Positions 1 through 9,906 are shown, counted from the first letter of the stretch. The stretch: 64,000 bases of DNA from an uncultured Prevotellaceae bacterium (GCA_945941025.1 CAMEWL010000003.1:3373-67372); one strand, 5' to 3'. The notes: a model not told the origin generated them from the sequence alone. A program made the numbers and translations.

Positions 1-651
1 CTTGTCGCGCCACTCGTTGCACTCGTCAACGAGGTCAGCAGGAATCTCCTCAACGTCGTAGTCAGCACCCATTGTCTCATCGTGCCACAGGATGGCCTTC
101 ATCTTGATGAGGTCAACGAGACCCTTGAAGTTCTCCTCAGCACCTATTGGCACACAGAGAGGAATTGGGTTAGCACCCAGAACGTCCTTCATCTGCTGTA
201 CTACATCGAAGAAGTTAGCACCAGAACGGTCCATCTTGTTCACGTAGCCGATACGAGGCACGTTATACTTGTCAGCCTGGCGCCATACAGTCTCAGACTG
301 TGGCTCCACACCACCTACTGCACAGTAAGTAGCCACGGCACCGTCGAGCACACGGAGTGAACGCTCCACCTCAGCGGTGAAGTCAACGTGTCCCGGAGTG
401 TCGATAAGGTTGATCTTGTACTGCTTGTTGTTATAGTTCCAGAAACATGTTGTAGCGGCAGATGTGATAGTGATACCACGCTCCTGCTCCTGCTCCATCC
501 AGTCCATCGTAGCGCCACCTTCGTGCACCTCACCGATTTTGTGAGTCTTACCTGTGTAGAACAGGATACGCTCAGATGTTGTTGTCTTACCGGCATCGAT
601 GTGAGCCATGATACCGATGTTACGAGTCAAATGCAAATCGTGCTTAGCCAT
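1..651 (-). CDS. fusA: Elongation factor G, N-terminal ~217 codons (gene continues beyond window start)
   Basis: Hand translation of the minus strand from ATG at 649-651 gives [34 protein letters not shown]...[21 protein letters not shown], with GTPase G1/G3 motifs. It follows rpsL-rpsG as in the str operon. It is missing from the ORF track because no stop codon lies inside the window. Confidence 0.95.
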   Translation of the reverse strand, partial: MAKHDLHLTRNIGIMAHIDAGKTTTSERILFYTGKTHKIGEVHEGGATMDWMEQEQERGITITSAATTCFWNYNNKQYKINLIDTPGHVDFTAEVERSLRVLDGAVATYCAVGGVEPQSETVWRQADKYNVPRIGYVNKMDRSGANFFDVVQQMKDVLGANPIPLCVPIGAEENFKGLVDLIKMKAILWHDETMGADYDVEEIPADLVDECNEWRDK

Positions 652-674
652 TTCTTTTTCCTCCTTTAATTAAA

Positions 675-1151
675 TTAGAAACGGAAATGTGCGAATGCAC
701 GGTTAGCCTCAGCCATGCGGTGCATATCCTCCTTACGCTTGAAGGCACCACCCTGGTTGTTGTATGCGTCCATTATCTCGGCTGCGAGCTTGTCTGCCAT
801 GCCCTTACCGCCACGCTTACGTGCGAAAGCGATGAGGTTCTTCATTGAGATAGACTCACGACGGTCAGGACGTATCTCAGTAGGCACCTGGAATGTAGCA
901 CCACCGATACGACGGCTCTTAACCTCCACATGAGGAGTGATGTTGTCGAGGGCCTGTTTCCATATCTCGAGAGCTGGCTTCTCCTCGCTCTTCATCTTCT
1001 CGCCCACAGTGTTGAGGGCAGCATAGAAAATCTCGTAAGAGGTGTTCTTCTTACCATCATACATGAGATGGTTAACGAACTTAGACACCTTAGTGTCATT
1101 GTAAACTGGATCCGGAAGGATCACACGCTTCTTTGGTTTTGCTTTTCTCAT
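675..1151 (-). CDS. rpsG: 30S ribosomal protein S7
   Basis: ORF 675..1211 trimmed to the internal ATG (cat at 1149-1151). The product [19 protein letters not shown]... has a typical S7 N-terminus and length (~158 aa). Confidence 0.95.
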   Translation of the reverse strand: MRKAKPKKRVILPDPVYNDTKVSKFVNHLMYDGKKNTSYEIFYAALNTVGEKMKSEEKPALEIWKQALDNITPHVEVKSRRIGGATFQVPTEIRPDRRESISMKNLIAFARKRGGKGMADKLAAEIMDAYNNQGGAFKRKEDMHRMAEANRAFAHFRF

Positions 1152-1287
1152 TTTTAATTTAATAAATCTTGCTGGGGTTGTCTTGTCTTTTAAGTGCTTC
1201 AACGCTCCCACTGGAGCATTTACTCAACCTATCATCTTAACAATTCAGCAAAACGTTTTTTACTTTTTTGTTTCCTTGGGTGGATTT

Positions 1288-1671
1288 TTACTTCTTAGCA
1301 GCCTTTGGACGCTTAGCTCCATACTTAGAGCGACGCTGTGTACGGTTGGCAACACCAGCGGTATCAAGAGTACCACGAACGATGTGATAACGTACACCTG
1401 GAAGGTCTTTCACACGGCCACCACGTACAAGCACGATAGAGTGCTCCTGCAAGTTGTGTCCTTCTCCTGGGATGTAGGAGTTAACTTCTTTTGAGTTCGT
1501 CAGACGAACACGGGCTACCTTACGCATAGCCGAGTTAGGCTTTTTAGGGGTAGTTGTATACACACGCACGCACACACCACGACGCTGAGGACATGAGTCC
1601 AGAGCTGGTGACTTGCTCTTGTCTACAAGTACCTTTCTGCCTTTTCTTACCAATTGTTGAATTGTAGGCAT
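1288..1671 (-). CDS. rpsL: 30S ribosomal protein S12
   Basis: [13 protein letters not shown]...[18 protein letters not shown]...[15 protein letters not shown] is a canonical S12 sequence. Confidence 0.97.
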   Translation of the reverse strand: MPTIQQLVRKGRKVLVDKSKSPALDSCPQRRGVCVRVYTTTPKKPNSAMRKVARVRLTNSKEVNSYIPGEGHNLQEHSIVLVRGGRVKDLPGVRYHIVRGTLDTAGVANRTQRRSKYGAKRPKAAKK

Positions 1672-1794
1672 TTTGTTTGTTGTTTTTTGTTATTATTATT
1701 GTTGTTTATAATCCTCTATTTAATAATGTGTTACACGCTCCGCTTTCCACAGGCCACACACTATGGATATCGCCTTAAAAGACAAAATCGGGTG

Positions 1795-1802
1795 CAAAGT
1801 TA
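1795..1802 (-). promoter_or_regulatory. -7 box TAACTTTG (TAnnTTTG) upstream of rpsL
   Basis: Plus strand reads caaagtta, the reverse complement of TAACTTTG. This matches the Bacteroides primary-sigma -7 consensus, ~125 nt upstream of the rpsL ATG. Confidence 0.5.
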
Positions 1803-2037
1803 CGATTTTTTTTTCTTTTCACATAATATAAAGCACAAAATTCATCTGTCAGCACTCTTAATTTAGATAAATATAACTTGCGTTAACATATTTTAGTATA
1901 TACACTACTTACAGAGAGATTAAAGAGAGGGTTATACGTGCGAAAAACTGACAAGTGCAGTTTGCAATACGTTATTAATAATATATAATGTAAACTATTT
2001 TTCAACTTAATAGTTTTTCTTTATTAAATAAAAGATG

Positions 2038-2045
2038 TACCTTTG
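2038..2045 (+). promoter_or_regulatory. -7 box TACCTTTG upstream of the DASS transporter gene
   Basis: Exact TAnnTTTG match. It overlaps the first ATG of ORF 2035, which argues that the real start is the ATG at 2107. Confidence 0.55.
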
Positions 2046-2106
2046 CACTCTCAAAATAATCGTAACAGAAAGAAGTAAAAAAGATTGTAAGAAACAACCA
2101 ACAACA

Positions 2107-3612
2107 ATGTTTAAGAATTTCAACGGAATCCACCTTGTTGACGCATACCACAAGATGCGTCAGGAGAGAAAGTCGCAGCCCGCGCGCGTAATGAAGAAAG
2201 CCATCGAGGCCATAGTGGTGGCCATCGTCACGCTAATATTATGGAACCTACCTGCCACGGCATTTGGCATAGAGGGCCTCACAGTGGTACAGCAGCGCAT
2301 TATAGCCATCTTCGCTTTCGCCACACTGATGTGGATAATGGAGGTAGTGCCATCATGGGCAACCTCAGTGGCCATCATCGTCTCCATGCTCCTGTTCTGC
2401 AGTGACTCGGGCATCAAGTGGATGTGTAACGAGGAAGAGGTAGGCACATTGTTGTCATACAAAGGAATCATGGCATGTTTTGCCGACCCAGTCATAATGC
2501 TTTTCATCGGCGGCTTCATTCTCGCCATCGCTGCCACCAAGACAGGCCTTGACGCACAGCTGGCCAAGAACCTGCTCAAACCTTTCGGCCAGAAGAGCGA
2601 GAACGTGCTGCTGGGCTTCCTTGTCATTACGGGTCTCTTCTCAATGTTCATCAGCAACACCGCCACCGCGGCCATGATGCTCACATTCCTCACTCCTGTG
2701 TTCAAGCAGCTTCCTGCCAACGGCAAGGGACGCATAGCCTTGGCACTGTCTATCCCTATCGCTGCCAACATCGGTGGTATGGGCACTCCCATCGGCACAC
2801 CTCCTAACACCATAGCGCTGAAGTACCTGAACGACCCTGAGGGAATGAACCTCGGTATCGGCTTCGGTCAGTGGATGCTCTACATGGTACCACTGGTACT
2901 GGTGCTGCTCTTCATCAGCTGGCTGCTTTTGCGAAAACTCTTCCCATTCTCACAGAAGACGATAGAGCTCCACATAGAGGGTGGCATGAAGCATGGCATA
3001 CAGTCAAAGATTGTCATCTGCACCTTCTTCGTCACAGTGTTGCTGTGGCTCCTCGATACCGTCACCGGCATCAACTCATACACCGTGGCGCTCATACCGT
3101 TTGTGGTATACGCCCTCACAGGTGTCATCAACCGCCGAGACCTTGAGGAAATCAACTGGTCTGTCATCTGGATGGTAGCCGGCGGTTTCGCCCTGGGTTA
3201 CGGCCTTAACAAGTCAGAATTGGCAGAGCGCGCCGTGGAGAGCATCCCGTTCGGCGACTTCTCTCCGCTGTTCATCCTCGTACTCTCAGGACTCATCTGC
3301 TACGCTCTGAGCAACTTCATATCTAACTCAGCCACAGCGGCTCTCCTTATGCCAATCCTCGTAGTGGTTTGCGTGGCAATGGGCGACAAGCTCGACGCCA
3401 TCGGCGGCACATCAACAGTGCTCATCGGTGTGGCCATCGCAGCCTCAAGCGCTATGGTGCTGCCTATCTCCACGCCGCCTAACGCACTGGCTTACGCCAC
3501 AAACCTGGTACAGCAGAAGGACATGGCACGCATAGGCCTTATCATGGGCTTCACATCTATAGTGCTCGGATATATTCTGCTCTACGTCATCGGCACATTA
3601 CACCTTATATAA
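2107..3612 (+). CDS. DASS/SLC13-family sodium-coupled anion (di/tricarboxylate or sulfate) symporter
   Basis: ~500-aa polytopic membrane protein. It carries the duplicated SNTATAAMM / SNSATAALLMPI hairpin motifs typical of DASS transporters. The start was moved to MFKNFNG because of the promoter position. Confidence 0.8.
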   Translation: MFKNFNGIHLVDAYHKMRQERKSQPARVMKKAIEAIVVAIVTLILWNLPATAFGIEGLTVVQQRIIAIFAFATLMWIMEVVPSWATSVAIIVSMLLFCSDSGIKWMCNEEEVGTLLSYKGIMACFADPVIMLFIGGFILAIAATKTGLDAQLAKNLLKPFGQKSENVLLGFLVITGLFSMFISNTATAAMMLTFLTPVFKQLPANGKGRIALALSIPIAANIGGMGTPIGTPPNTIALKYLNDPEGMNLGIGFGQWMLYMVPLVLVLLFISWLLLRKLFPFSQKTIELHIEGGMKHGIQSKIVICTFFVTVLLWLLDTVTGINSYTVALIPFVVYALTGVINRRDLEEINWSVIWMVAGGFALGYGLNKSELAERAVESIPFGDFSPLFILVLSGLICYALSNFISNSATAALLMPILVVVCVAMGDKLDAIGGTSTVLIGVAIAASSAMVLPISTPPNALAYATNLVQQKDMARIGLIMGFTSIVLGYILLYVIGTLHLI

Positions 3613-3640
3613 TATATATATCAACATACAATATCAAAAT

Positions 3641-3681
3641 AAGAGTGTCATGAATTAATTTCATGACACTCTTATTTTTTT
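3641..3681 (+). terminator. Rho-independent terminator after the DASS gene
   Basis: Stem AAGAGTGTCATGAA / TTCATGACACTCTT with a short loop, followed by a T-run. Confidence 0.75.
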
Positions 3682-3699
3682 CTCTCGAAATATAACAAC

Positions 3700-4110
3700 C
3701 TATCTTTTGTGTTTCTTAAGATTCAAATAAGAGAACACTATAAATATTAAGACAAAAGAGATTAGCCCTTCTATAAAACAACCATCCATAATTCCATACT
3801 CTTTTTCAAGATACCCTCTGGTTAGTATATGTATCAGGACAAAGCCCAAGCCTACCATCCATGGATTATCATTTGCTATTTTTCCAAAAAGAGTATCACT
3901 CTTTCGTTTACCCAGAATAAGTCTGCCTGCCATTGGAGCAAGAAAAAGATATGCACTACTCAATAATCCGGCAATCGCTACCTTGTCAAATATGCTACCA
4001 CCATGATATTTTGTGTCTTCAACAAGCGGCCTCAAAATGTTTACAAACACCAACGTGATGATAAACATAGTGACAATATACAAAGAACGTCTTAATAAAC
4101 TTTTTATCAT
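3700..4110 (-). CDS. Small hypothetical membrane protein (about 4 TM segments)
   Basis: 136-aa ORF made of hydrophobic segments in an A+T-rich stretch. No family recognised. Confidence 0.6.
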   Translation of the reverse strand: MIKSLLRRSLYIVTMFIITLVFVNILRPLVEDTKYHGGSIFDKVAIAGLLSSAYLFLAPMAGRLILGKRKSDTLFGKIANDNPWMVGLGFVLIHILTRGYLEKEYGIMDGCFIEGLISFVLIFIVFSYLNLKKHKR

Positions 4111-4181
4111 AATGTTTTTTCAGCATTTACTCCTTAGCATGAGAGTTACAGTAAGCACATATCTCTTTTATCTCCACCCTA

Positions 4182-5426
4182 TCATTTGAACAGCTGCGGG
4201 AGGAAGTCGAGCAGATACCTGCGCCAGTTGTCCCAGGTGTGTCCGCCGTCGCTCTCGTTGTACTTGTATGGATAACCCGCAGCGTCGAGTTTCTCTCGGT
4301 GCATGTCCACCAGCTTCTTCACATAGTCCTCCTTGCCCACGGCAATGTAATACAGGCGCGGAGCCTCAGCAAACTGCGCCGCCAACTTCTGGTCAATGCT
4401 GTCATAGGTCACTATGTCGTCATACTTCTCAAACTTCTTGTCAAGCTTATTCTCCCACTTGCCGCCTACCACAGGTATCTGTCCGGCAAGGCTCTTGATG
4501 CCCTTCGTAATGCTCTTGATGCCCGATATTTTCTTACCGTTGAGCGAGTTCGTTGTCTGCGGTGAGAACAGTCCCACATAGTCAAATGCCTGCGGATTGT
4601 TGGCAGTGATAAACAGCGTATGCAGTCCGCCCAGCGACAGTCCCGCTATAGCCCTGTGCTGCTTGTCGTTGATGGTGCGGTAGTGCTGCTCCACGTATGC
4701 CATCACCTCCACAGGGAACGCCGCCTCTATCCTTCCTGTCATTGACGACAGGTTGCTCGCCTTCGGTTCGGCATTCATATAAGGACTCTCGCCCGGTGCC
4801 GCATCAAGGTCGGCGTTGCCGTTAGGCATCACCACTATCATTGGTTCACACCTGCCCTCTGCCGTCATCTTGTCCATTATCTGCGCCAGCCTGCCCATAT
4901 TGAGCCATGCCGTCTCGTCGCCGCCTGAGCCATGGAGCAGGTAAAGCACGGGGTAACGCTTCTCCGTCTGGCTGTCATACTCAGCAGGCAGGTACACCGA
5001 CATACGTCGCTGCATCATGCCGTTGAGGTTTGACGGATACCACGGCTGCTCCACCCTGCCGTGGGGCACGGGCTGGTCCATGTAGTAGTCTGCCGGCCAC
5101 CCTGGCACGAAGAAATAGTTATAGTGACGGTCTATGTCGCGTATGGTAGGCACACCGGCCGGCTCCGTCTGCATCACGTCATCGTCAATCACGAAGTTAT
5201 AGGTGTACATCTCAGGCGGCAATACCGCACTGACGTAGGTCCAACTGCCGTCAGTCTGTCTTATCATCTTCTGCTTACGCAGCGCACCCGAGCCCTGCAG
5301 CACCACCTCCTTAGCCATCGGTGCGAAGATAGAGAACCTCATCGTGCCGTTAGGCAATGGCTCTGCGGCGCTTGCCGTTCCGGCAGCAACGGAGAGTAAG
5401 AGTGAGAATAAAAACTTCTTTGTCAT
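4182..5426 (-). CDS. Secreted esterase-family alpha/beta hydrolase with an N-terminal E-set/CBM48-like domain
   Basis: Signal peptide MTKKFLFSLLLSVAAGTASA, then PVLYLLHGSGGDETAW and the GLSLGG (GxSxG) nucleophile elbow. Start taken at the second ATG (5426). Confidence 0.8.
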   Translation of the reverse strand: MTKKFLFSLLLSVAAGTASAAEPLPNGTMRFSIFAPMAKEVVLQGSGALRKQKMIRQTDGSWTYVSAVLPPEMYTYNFVIDDDVMQTEPAGVPTIRDIDRHYNYFFVPGWPADYYMDQPVPHGRVEQPWYPSNLNGMMQRRMSVYLPAEYDSQTEKRYPVLYLLHGSGGDETAWLNMGRLAQIMDKMTAEGRCEPMIVVMPNGNADLDAAPGESPYMNAEPKASNLSSMTGRIEAAFPVEVMAYVEQHYRTINDKQHRAIAGLSLGGLHTLFITANNPQAFDYVGLFSPQTTNSLNGKKISGIKSITKGIKSLAGQIPVVGGKWENKLDKKFEKYDDIVTYDSIDQKLAAQFAEAPRLYYIAVGKEDYVKKLVDMHREKLDAAGYPYKYNESDGGHTWDNWRRYLLDFLPQLFK

Positions 5427-5484
5427 AGTAATATCTCCTTTCGTTTGCCGCAACTGCCTCTGTGCGGACAGCCTTACGGTAAGG

Positions 5485-5492
5485 CAAAATTA
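5485..5492 (-). promoter_or_regulatory. -7 box TAATTTTG upstream of the esterase gene
   Basis: Plus strand reads caaaatta, ~60 nt upstream of the ATG at 5426. Confidence 0.5.
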
Positions 5493-5743
5493 CAAATAAA
5501 AATCCTATCCGCTCTTCTTTCGCCAGAATTTTATTTATTTTTATATTAACTTAACGTGAGTTTTGCGAAGCACAAGCATAAATGCGATGAATTCAAACAC
5601 ATATATAATTTATGAAAAATTCTTGCGTCCCTACGGTAGCAAGCGTCTCCTTACGTCGCCGAGCGTATGGTTAATTCCAGGACATTCATATTAAGACTTG
5701 AAACATGAAGAATAGTTATTGCAATTTGTCACAATGCTACAAA

Positions 5744-6146
5744 AAGAACATTTTTTGTGTCAAAGTGTCAGAAGAAAAATGTGCATCAGAAAATGCAAAA
5801 TAGAATGAAAAGGCACAACTATGTACCGACAAAATCTACAGTTTATGAGAAATGAAGTTGAGGATAACCATGCGACGAGGGCTTTTTCTTCGCTTTTTAC
5901 GCTCTGAAACAATAGCTTTCAGGGTGTAAAAGCATAGCTTTTAGGGTGTGAAGTGATAGCTTTCACAATGTAAAAGCATAGCTTTCATATTGCAGAAAAC
6001 GGTTTGTTTTTGCATCATACTGATAGTCAGACGGATGCAAAAACACTAAATTCTGGCGTATTTGAGAGCAGAAGAGCATTTGCTGACTAATATCGCAAGG
6101 ATTAGGGGCAAAGAAAAATCACTTTGCTGAGGAAAAGAACATTATC
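5744..6146 (+). repeat. Composite non-coding element, copy 1 (degenerate AAGAACATT ends, 22-bp unit array, shared modules)
   Basis: Shares architecture and modules with 25589..25945 and 54796..55189. The 23-nt module TTTGCTGACTAATATCGCAAGGA (6079-6101) is identical to the reverse complement of 54821-54843. Confidence 0.6.
5902..5990 (+). repeat. Array of four ~22-bp units each containing AAAGC-N3-GCTTT
   Basis: Units read ctctgaaacaatagctttcaggg / tgtaaaagcatagcttttaggg / tgtgaagtgatagctttcacaa / tgtaaaagcatagctttcatat. Confidence 0.8.
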
Positions 6147-6281
6147 CTTACAAAGTGATTCACTTATATTTAACAAAATCTATATGAAAAAACTCAAGTT
6201 AGTCAGTCTTGGGAGTCCTCAAGATGTGCAGTGGCACATCAAGATGACTCCGCTGACATAGTATCGATTAGGTTAACTTGT

Positions 6282-7781
6282 TCAAAACTTATAGTCTATA
6301 CCTACGCCTATCACATGGTTGGTGCGGCTGTAGGTCTCCTTAGCGTTCAGACCTGGAACACCGTATGCGCCTGTGAGGTTCTTCTCGTAGTCGCTATATA
6401 TAGATGTGAAATAGCTTATGTTGAGACGAATCTTATCGTTCACGTTCCATGCACCGCCCAGACCTACGGAGTAGCTGTCACAGGCGAATGACGTGTTCTG
6501 CTGGTACTCGTCGGTAAGACCGTAGTCGGTGCGCTGACCGCCGCAGCTGACGGTGAACTTATCGTTGATGTCATACTCCACGCCGGCGAGTATCTCGTGT
6601 GTGCCGTGGCTGAGAGTCTTCTGACGGTCGCCGCTCATCTTAGCGTTCTTGTCATCATACCAGTGGTACTCCACAGCGGCGCGCAGTTTCTTAGTGAACT
6701 CATAGCCCACAGCAAAAGTCAGCAGTGAAGGCATATCGTAGCGAGTCTTGGCGTTAGGCAGATATCCAGCCACTTTGCCAGCCATGTCACCAAGGTCGGC
6801 AGACAGAGCAGCTATGACAGCCTCGTTACCATGTTGTTCAGCCATAGCTTTAACATTAGTGGTAGAACCACCCTTTGTGATTGAGAGAGTCTCAGTATCA
6901 TTCTCTGTAGAAAGCTTTGTGCGGAACTCATACTTCACAGCCACTGTCCACTTGTCTTTGTGTAGGTTCAGACCTACAACAGGAGTGAAGCCCCAACCGC
7001 GCTGTATGCAGCTAAGCTGCATATCCATAAGAGGAGCTATGCCAGCCACTGCACCTAATGTTTCGCCTGGCATTGCCGTTACATATCCTTTGTAGTAACC
7101 ATCATAATAGTTTGCACGCAGACCTACTGCAGCTGACAGACAGTCAAGGATTTTATATGAGAAGTTTACCTGACCACCATATATATACTGCTTACCCTTC
7201 ATTGAAGAATTGAGCGAGAAGTCGCGTGACAATGCACCAGCTATTGCAGAGGCATTAGGATTGCCCTGAACCGTAAGGGCTGCCAGCATATTATTATATA
7301 CAGTATTGGTTGTCATTGCCGTAACAGGCACATTGAACATAGGCACACCGTCCTCATACTCCACGAAGCCGCCGCTACCTACTATACCAATCATACCTGA
7401 CACTGCCCACCTGTCTTTATGATATACAGCGAACAAGGCAGGAACGATTGGAGCGGATGCCTTGCCTTCATATTTTTTTGACGGAAAATCTGCTTTAGAG
7501 AAATCCGGAACCATTGAAGGGTCAACATCAACATCAACATCAACGTAGATATCACGGTTCTGCCAAGGCTTCTGGAAGTTAAGTGACATCTCAAAGCCCT
7601 CATTTCCCCATACCAATCCGGCAGGGTTAGAGAATGTGGCGTCAATCTCTGTTGTCGCGCCACGTGCGAACATACGGTCAAAAGCAATGTGGTAGTTAGT
7701 GTTGGTCATCAGTCCGCCTGCCTGTGCGGCTATTGATGACAGGCAGCAGAGAGCCGCCGTGATAAGATGTTTCTTGTTCAT
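6282..7781 (-). CDS. Outer-membrane beta-barrel transport protein, FadL/OMPP1/TodX-like
   Basis: Signal peptide MNKKHLITAALCCLSSIAAQA, alternating beta-strand pattern and a C-terminal ...GVGIDYKF ending in Phe. Start trimmed to 7781 because a -7 box lies at 7809-7816. Confidence 0.6.
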   Translation of the reverse strand: MNKKHLITAALCCLSSIAAQAGGLMTNTNYHIAFDRMFARGATTEIDATFSNPAGLVWGNEGFEMSLNFQKPWQNRDIYVDVDVDVDPSMVPDFSKADFPSKKYEGKASAPIVPALFAVYHKDRWAVSGMIGIVGSGGFVEYEDGVPMFNVPVTAMTTNTVYNNMLAALTVQGNPNASAIAGALSRDFSLNSSMKGKQYIYGGQVNFSYKILDCLSAAVGLRANYYDGYYKGYVTAMPGETLGAVAGIAPLMDMQLSCIQRGWGFTPVVGLNLHKDKWTVAVKYEFRTKLSTENDTETLSITKGGSTTNVKAMAEQHGNEAVIAALSADLGDMAGKVAGYLPNAKTRYDMPSLLTFAVGYEFTKKLRAAVEYHWYDDKNAKMSGDRQKTLSHGTHEILAGVEYDINDKFTVSCGGQRTDYGLTDEYQQNTSFACDSYSVGLGGAWNVNDKIRLNISYFTSIYSDYEKNLTGAYGVPGLNAKETYSRTNHVIGVGIDYKF

Positions 7782-7808
7782 ATACTTTTTTACCTTAAAC
7801 AATGAGTG

Positions 7809-7816
7809 CAAAGATA
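7809..7816 (-). promoter_or_regulatory. -7 box TATCTTTG upstream of the FadL-like gene
   Basis: Plus strand reads caaagata, ~28 nt upstream of the ATG at 7781. Confidence 0.5.
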
Positions 7817-7922
7817 AACAAAATATATTTACGAAAACGAATTTGTGGTATAAAAAGGCGTAACAAGGGACAATTTCGCCTAAAATGTACTATTACGAAA
7901 ACAATAATATACTATCAGGACG

Positions 7923-8771
7923 TCATCCTATCAGTCTGTCACGGTACTGCTGCGGGGTGTAGCCGATGTGTCTCTTGAACAGACGCACAAAATAGGACGA
8001 GTCTGTAAATCCCGCGCTCTGTGACACCTCGCTGACAGTCATTTCCGTACCCAGCAGCAGTGTCTGCGCATGCTGTATTCTCTTTTTTATGATATACTGC
8101 AGCGGAGTAACCCCCAGCTCCTTGCGGAACGCCTTCACCAGATGTGACTCCGTAAGACATGATATGTCAGCCAAGGTCGCCACCGTGATGTTTTCGCTGA
8201 CGTGCTCTGATATATATCCTATGAGCTTCAGTATCCTGTCATCCTTTATTATAAGGCGTGGCTCAGCGTGCTTGATAAAGTAAGAGAGAAGAATCTCCAC
8301 CATGCCGTGCAACTGAAACTGCTCATAGTCCTTCATACGCATATATGCCCTTGCATAGTCGCGGTAGGAAGGATGTCGCTCGAAGTCCTCTGCCGTCATT
8401 GAAGGCAGGTTGAGCTGTGGATAAAGTGTGCAGTAGTTCTCAAAGAGCAGTGTGGTGGCGTGGTTTCCCCTTACGGTGGTGGGCACGTCATATTTCTCAA
8501 ATATGCCAGTGTTCTCACCCTGGTGGAAGAATATGAAGAGGTAATAGAACTCAAACCCCGGTTCGCAGTCATACGCATGGGGCATATAGCTTGGTAGCAG
8601 GTACATATTGCCCTCCTCCACCTTCATGTCACCGTTGGGCAGGTGCAAGGTGGCTTTTCCCTTCTTTATGTAGTATATACGCATGAAGGGGGACGAGATG
8701 TCGCGGTTGCCCCATTGGTGTATGGTTCGTGCGAATCCTAAGTTGAGAACTATGAAATCACTATTCCTCAC
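7923..8771 (-). CDS. AraC-family transcriptional regulator (cupin sensor plus HTH)
   Basis: The C-terminal ...LADISCLTESHLVKAFRKELGVTPLQYIIKKRIQHAQTLL...GFTDSSYFVRLFKRHIGYTPQQYR is a classic AraC double HTH. The gene overlaps the patatin gene by 4 nt. Confidence 0.9.
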   Translation of the reverse strand: MRNSDFIVLNLGFARTIHQWGNRDISSPFMRIYYIKKGKATLHLPNGDMKVEEGNMYLLPSYMPHAYDCEPGFEFYYLFIFFHQGENTGIFEKYDVPTTVRGNHATTLLFENYCTLYPQLNLPSMTAEDFERHPSYRDYARAYMRMKDYEQFQLHGMVEILLSYFIKHAEPRLIIKDDRILKLIGYISEHVSENITVATLADISCLTESHLVKAFRKELGVTPLQYIIKKRIQHAQTLLLGTEMTVSEVSQSAGFTDSSYFVRLFKRHIGYTPQQYRDRLIG

Positions 8772-9619
8772 TGACTCATGAAGTCTTTTATCCTTTCCAT
8801 CATCTGCTGTGCAGCCTCATACCCCTGGTGGTGCACACGGCGCATCTTCTTCTCGTTAAGCTCTGTGCGGCCTATCTTTAACGGCTTATCAGGGTATATC
8901 AGCAGGGCATTGCCTGCCTTCTCCTGACTGGCTATGTACTCCAGTTCCTCGTTATACATCTCATGGCGGCGGGCCATCACCTCTGCCACCTTGGGGTATT
9001 TCTTGGTAAACTGCTTGATAATCCACACCAGCTTGGTCTTCTTCTTGAAATAGTCGCGCGGCTGTGTCAGCACCACCACGTTACGTCCGTAGCCCATCCG
9101 CTGGAATGCCTTCAACGGTATGGCGTCAACCATGCCGCCGTCAAGCAGCACACGGCCGTCAACCTCCACAGGGCGCGACACTGCGGGCATGGAACCGGAG
9201 GCGCGCATCCACTCCAGCTCATGGTGCGTGAACTCCCTCATCTGGTGATACACAGGCTCACCTGTAAGTATATCGGTGGCGACGAGCCAGAAGTCCATAG
9301 GGTTCTGGCGGAACGTCTCGCCGTCAAAGGGGTCTATCTCAAACGGCACCACATGATAGGAGAACTCCGCCCCCACGATGTCGCCGGTCTTTATAAGACT
9401 GCGCAGCCCCATGTACCTCGGGTCCTTGCGCAGCTTCACGTTATACCTGAGGGCGCGGCCTTTCTGCCTTGACTTCAGGTTGCAGCCAAACAACGCACCC
9501 GCCGACACACCTATCATACCGTCGAAGTTTATGTCCTCGTCAATCATGGCGTCGATTACTCCACTGGTGAACATACCGCGCAATCCGCCGCCCTCAAGTA
9601 CCAAGCCTGTCTTTTGCAA
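8768..9619 (-). CDS. Patatin-like phospholipase
   Basis: GGGLRG oxyanion motif at the N-terminus and the GVSAG (GxSxG) serine motif. The start appears to be TTG at 9619, as there is no in-frame ATG upstream of the GGGxRG motif. Confidence 0.85.
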   Translation of the reverse strand: MQKTGLVLEGGGLRGMFTSGVIDAMIDEDINFDGMIGVSAGALFGCNLKSRQKGRALRYNVKLRKDPRYMGLRSLIKTGDIVGAEFSYHVVPFEIDPFDGETFRQNPMDFWLVATDILTGEPVYHQMREFTHHELEWMRASGSMPAVSRPVEVDGRVLLDGGMVDAIPLKAFQRMGYGRNVVVLTQPRDYFKKKTKLVWIIKQFTKKYPKVAEVMARRHEMYNEELEYIASQEKAGNALLIYPDKPLKIGRTELNEKKMRRVHHQGYEAAQQMMERIKDFMSQ

Positions 9620-9711
9620 ATTATTTATACTTATTGAGTGTTAATATAATGCAAATGTAGTAATAAAATTCCAAACCACAAATAAAATTTGCCTATATTA
9701 AGAAAAATTAT

Positions 9712-9719
9712 TACCTTTG
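9712..9719 (+). promoter_or_regulatory. -7 box TACCTTTG upstream of the trpB2 operon
   Basis: Exact TAnnTTTG match. It places the long palindromic element 9740-9870 inside the 5' leader. Confidence 0.55.
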
Positions 9720-9739
9720 CCGTTTGGATGTATATAACC

Positions 9740-9870
9740 AACTCAACTTCCCAAGCTGGCAGTAGTTAAGCAGGCAGTAGTTAAGACATTACGTTCTCTT
9801 TTTATAAGGTCGCTACATTTGTCTTAACTCCTTAACTCCATAACTTCTGAGAACTTAAGAAGTTGAGTAC
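9740..9870 (+). repeat. Long imperfect palindromic element (MITE-like or leader hairpin), copy A
   Basis: Outer arms AACTCAACTTC / GAAGTTGAGT(AC) and inner arms GTTAAGACA / TGTCTTAAC. The same arm sequences recur at 47057-47216. Confidence 0.7.
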
Positions 9871-9906
9871 TTGCAAGATTTGAATAACCAATAAACAAAA
9901 CCATAT

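Noticed and set aside
82-669. Three ~92-aa ORFs at the window start (82..360 +, 315..596 -, 388..669 +).
   Set aside because: All lie inside the EF-G coding region, which reads cleanly on the minus strand from 651 to the window edge.
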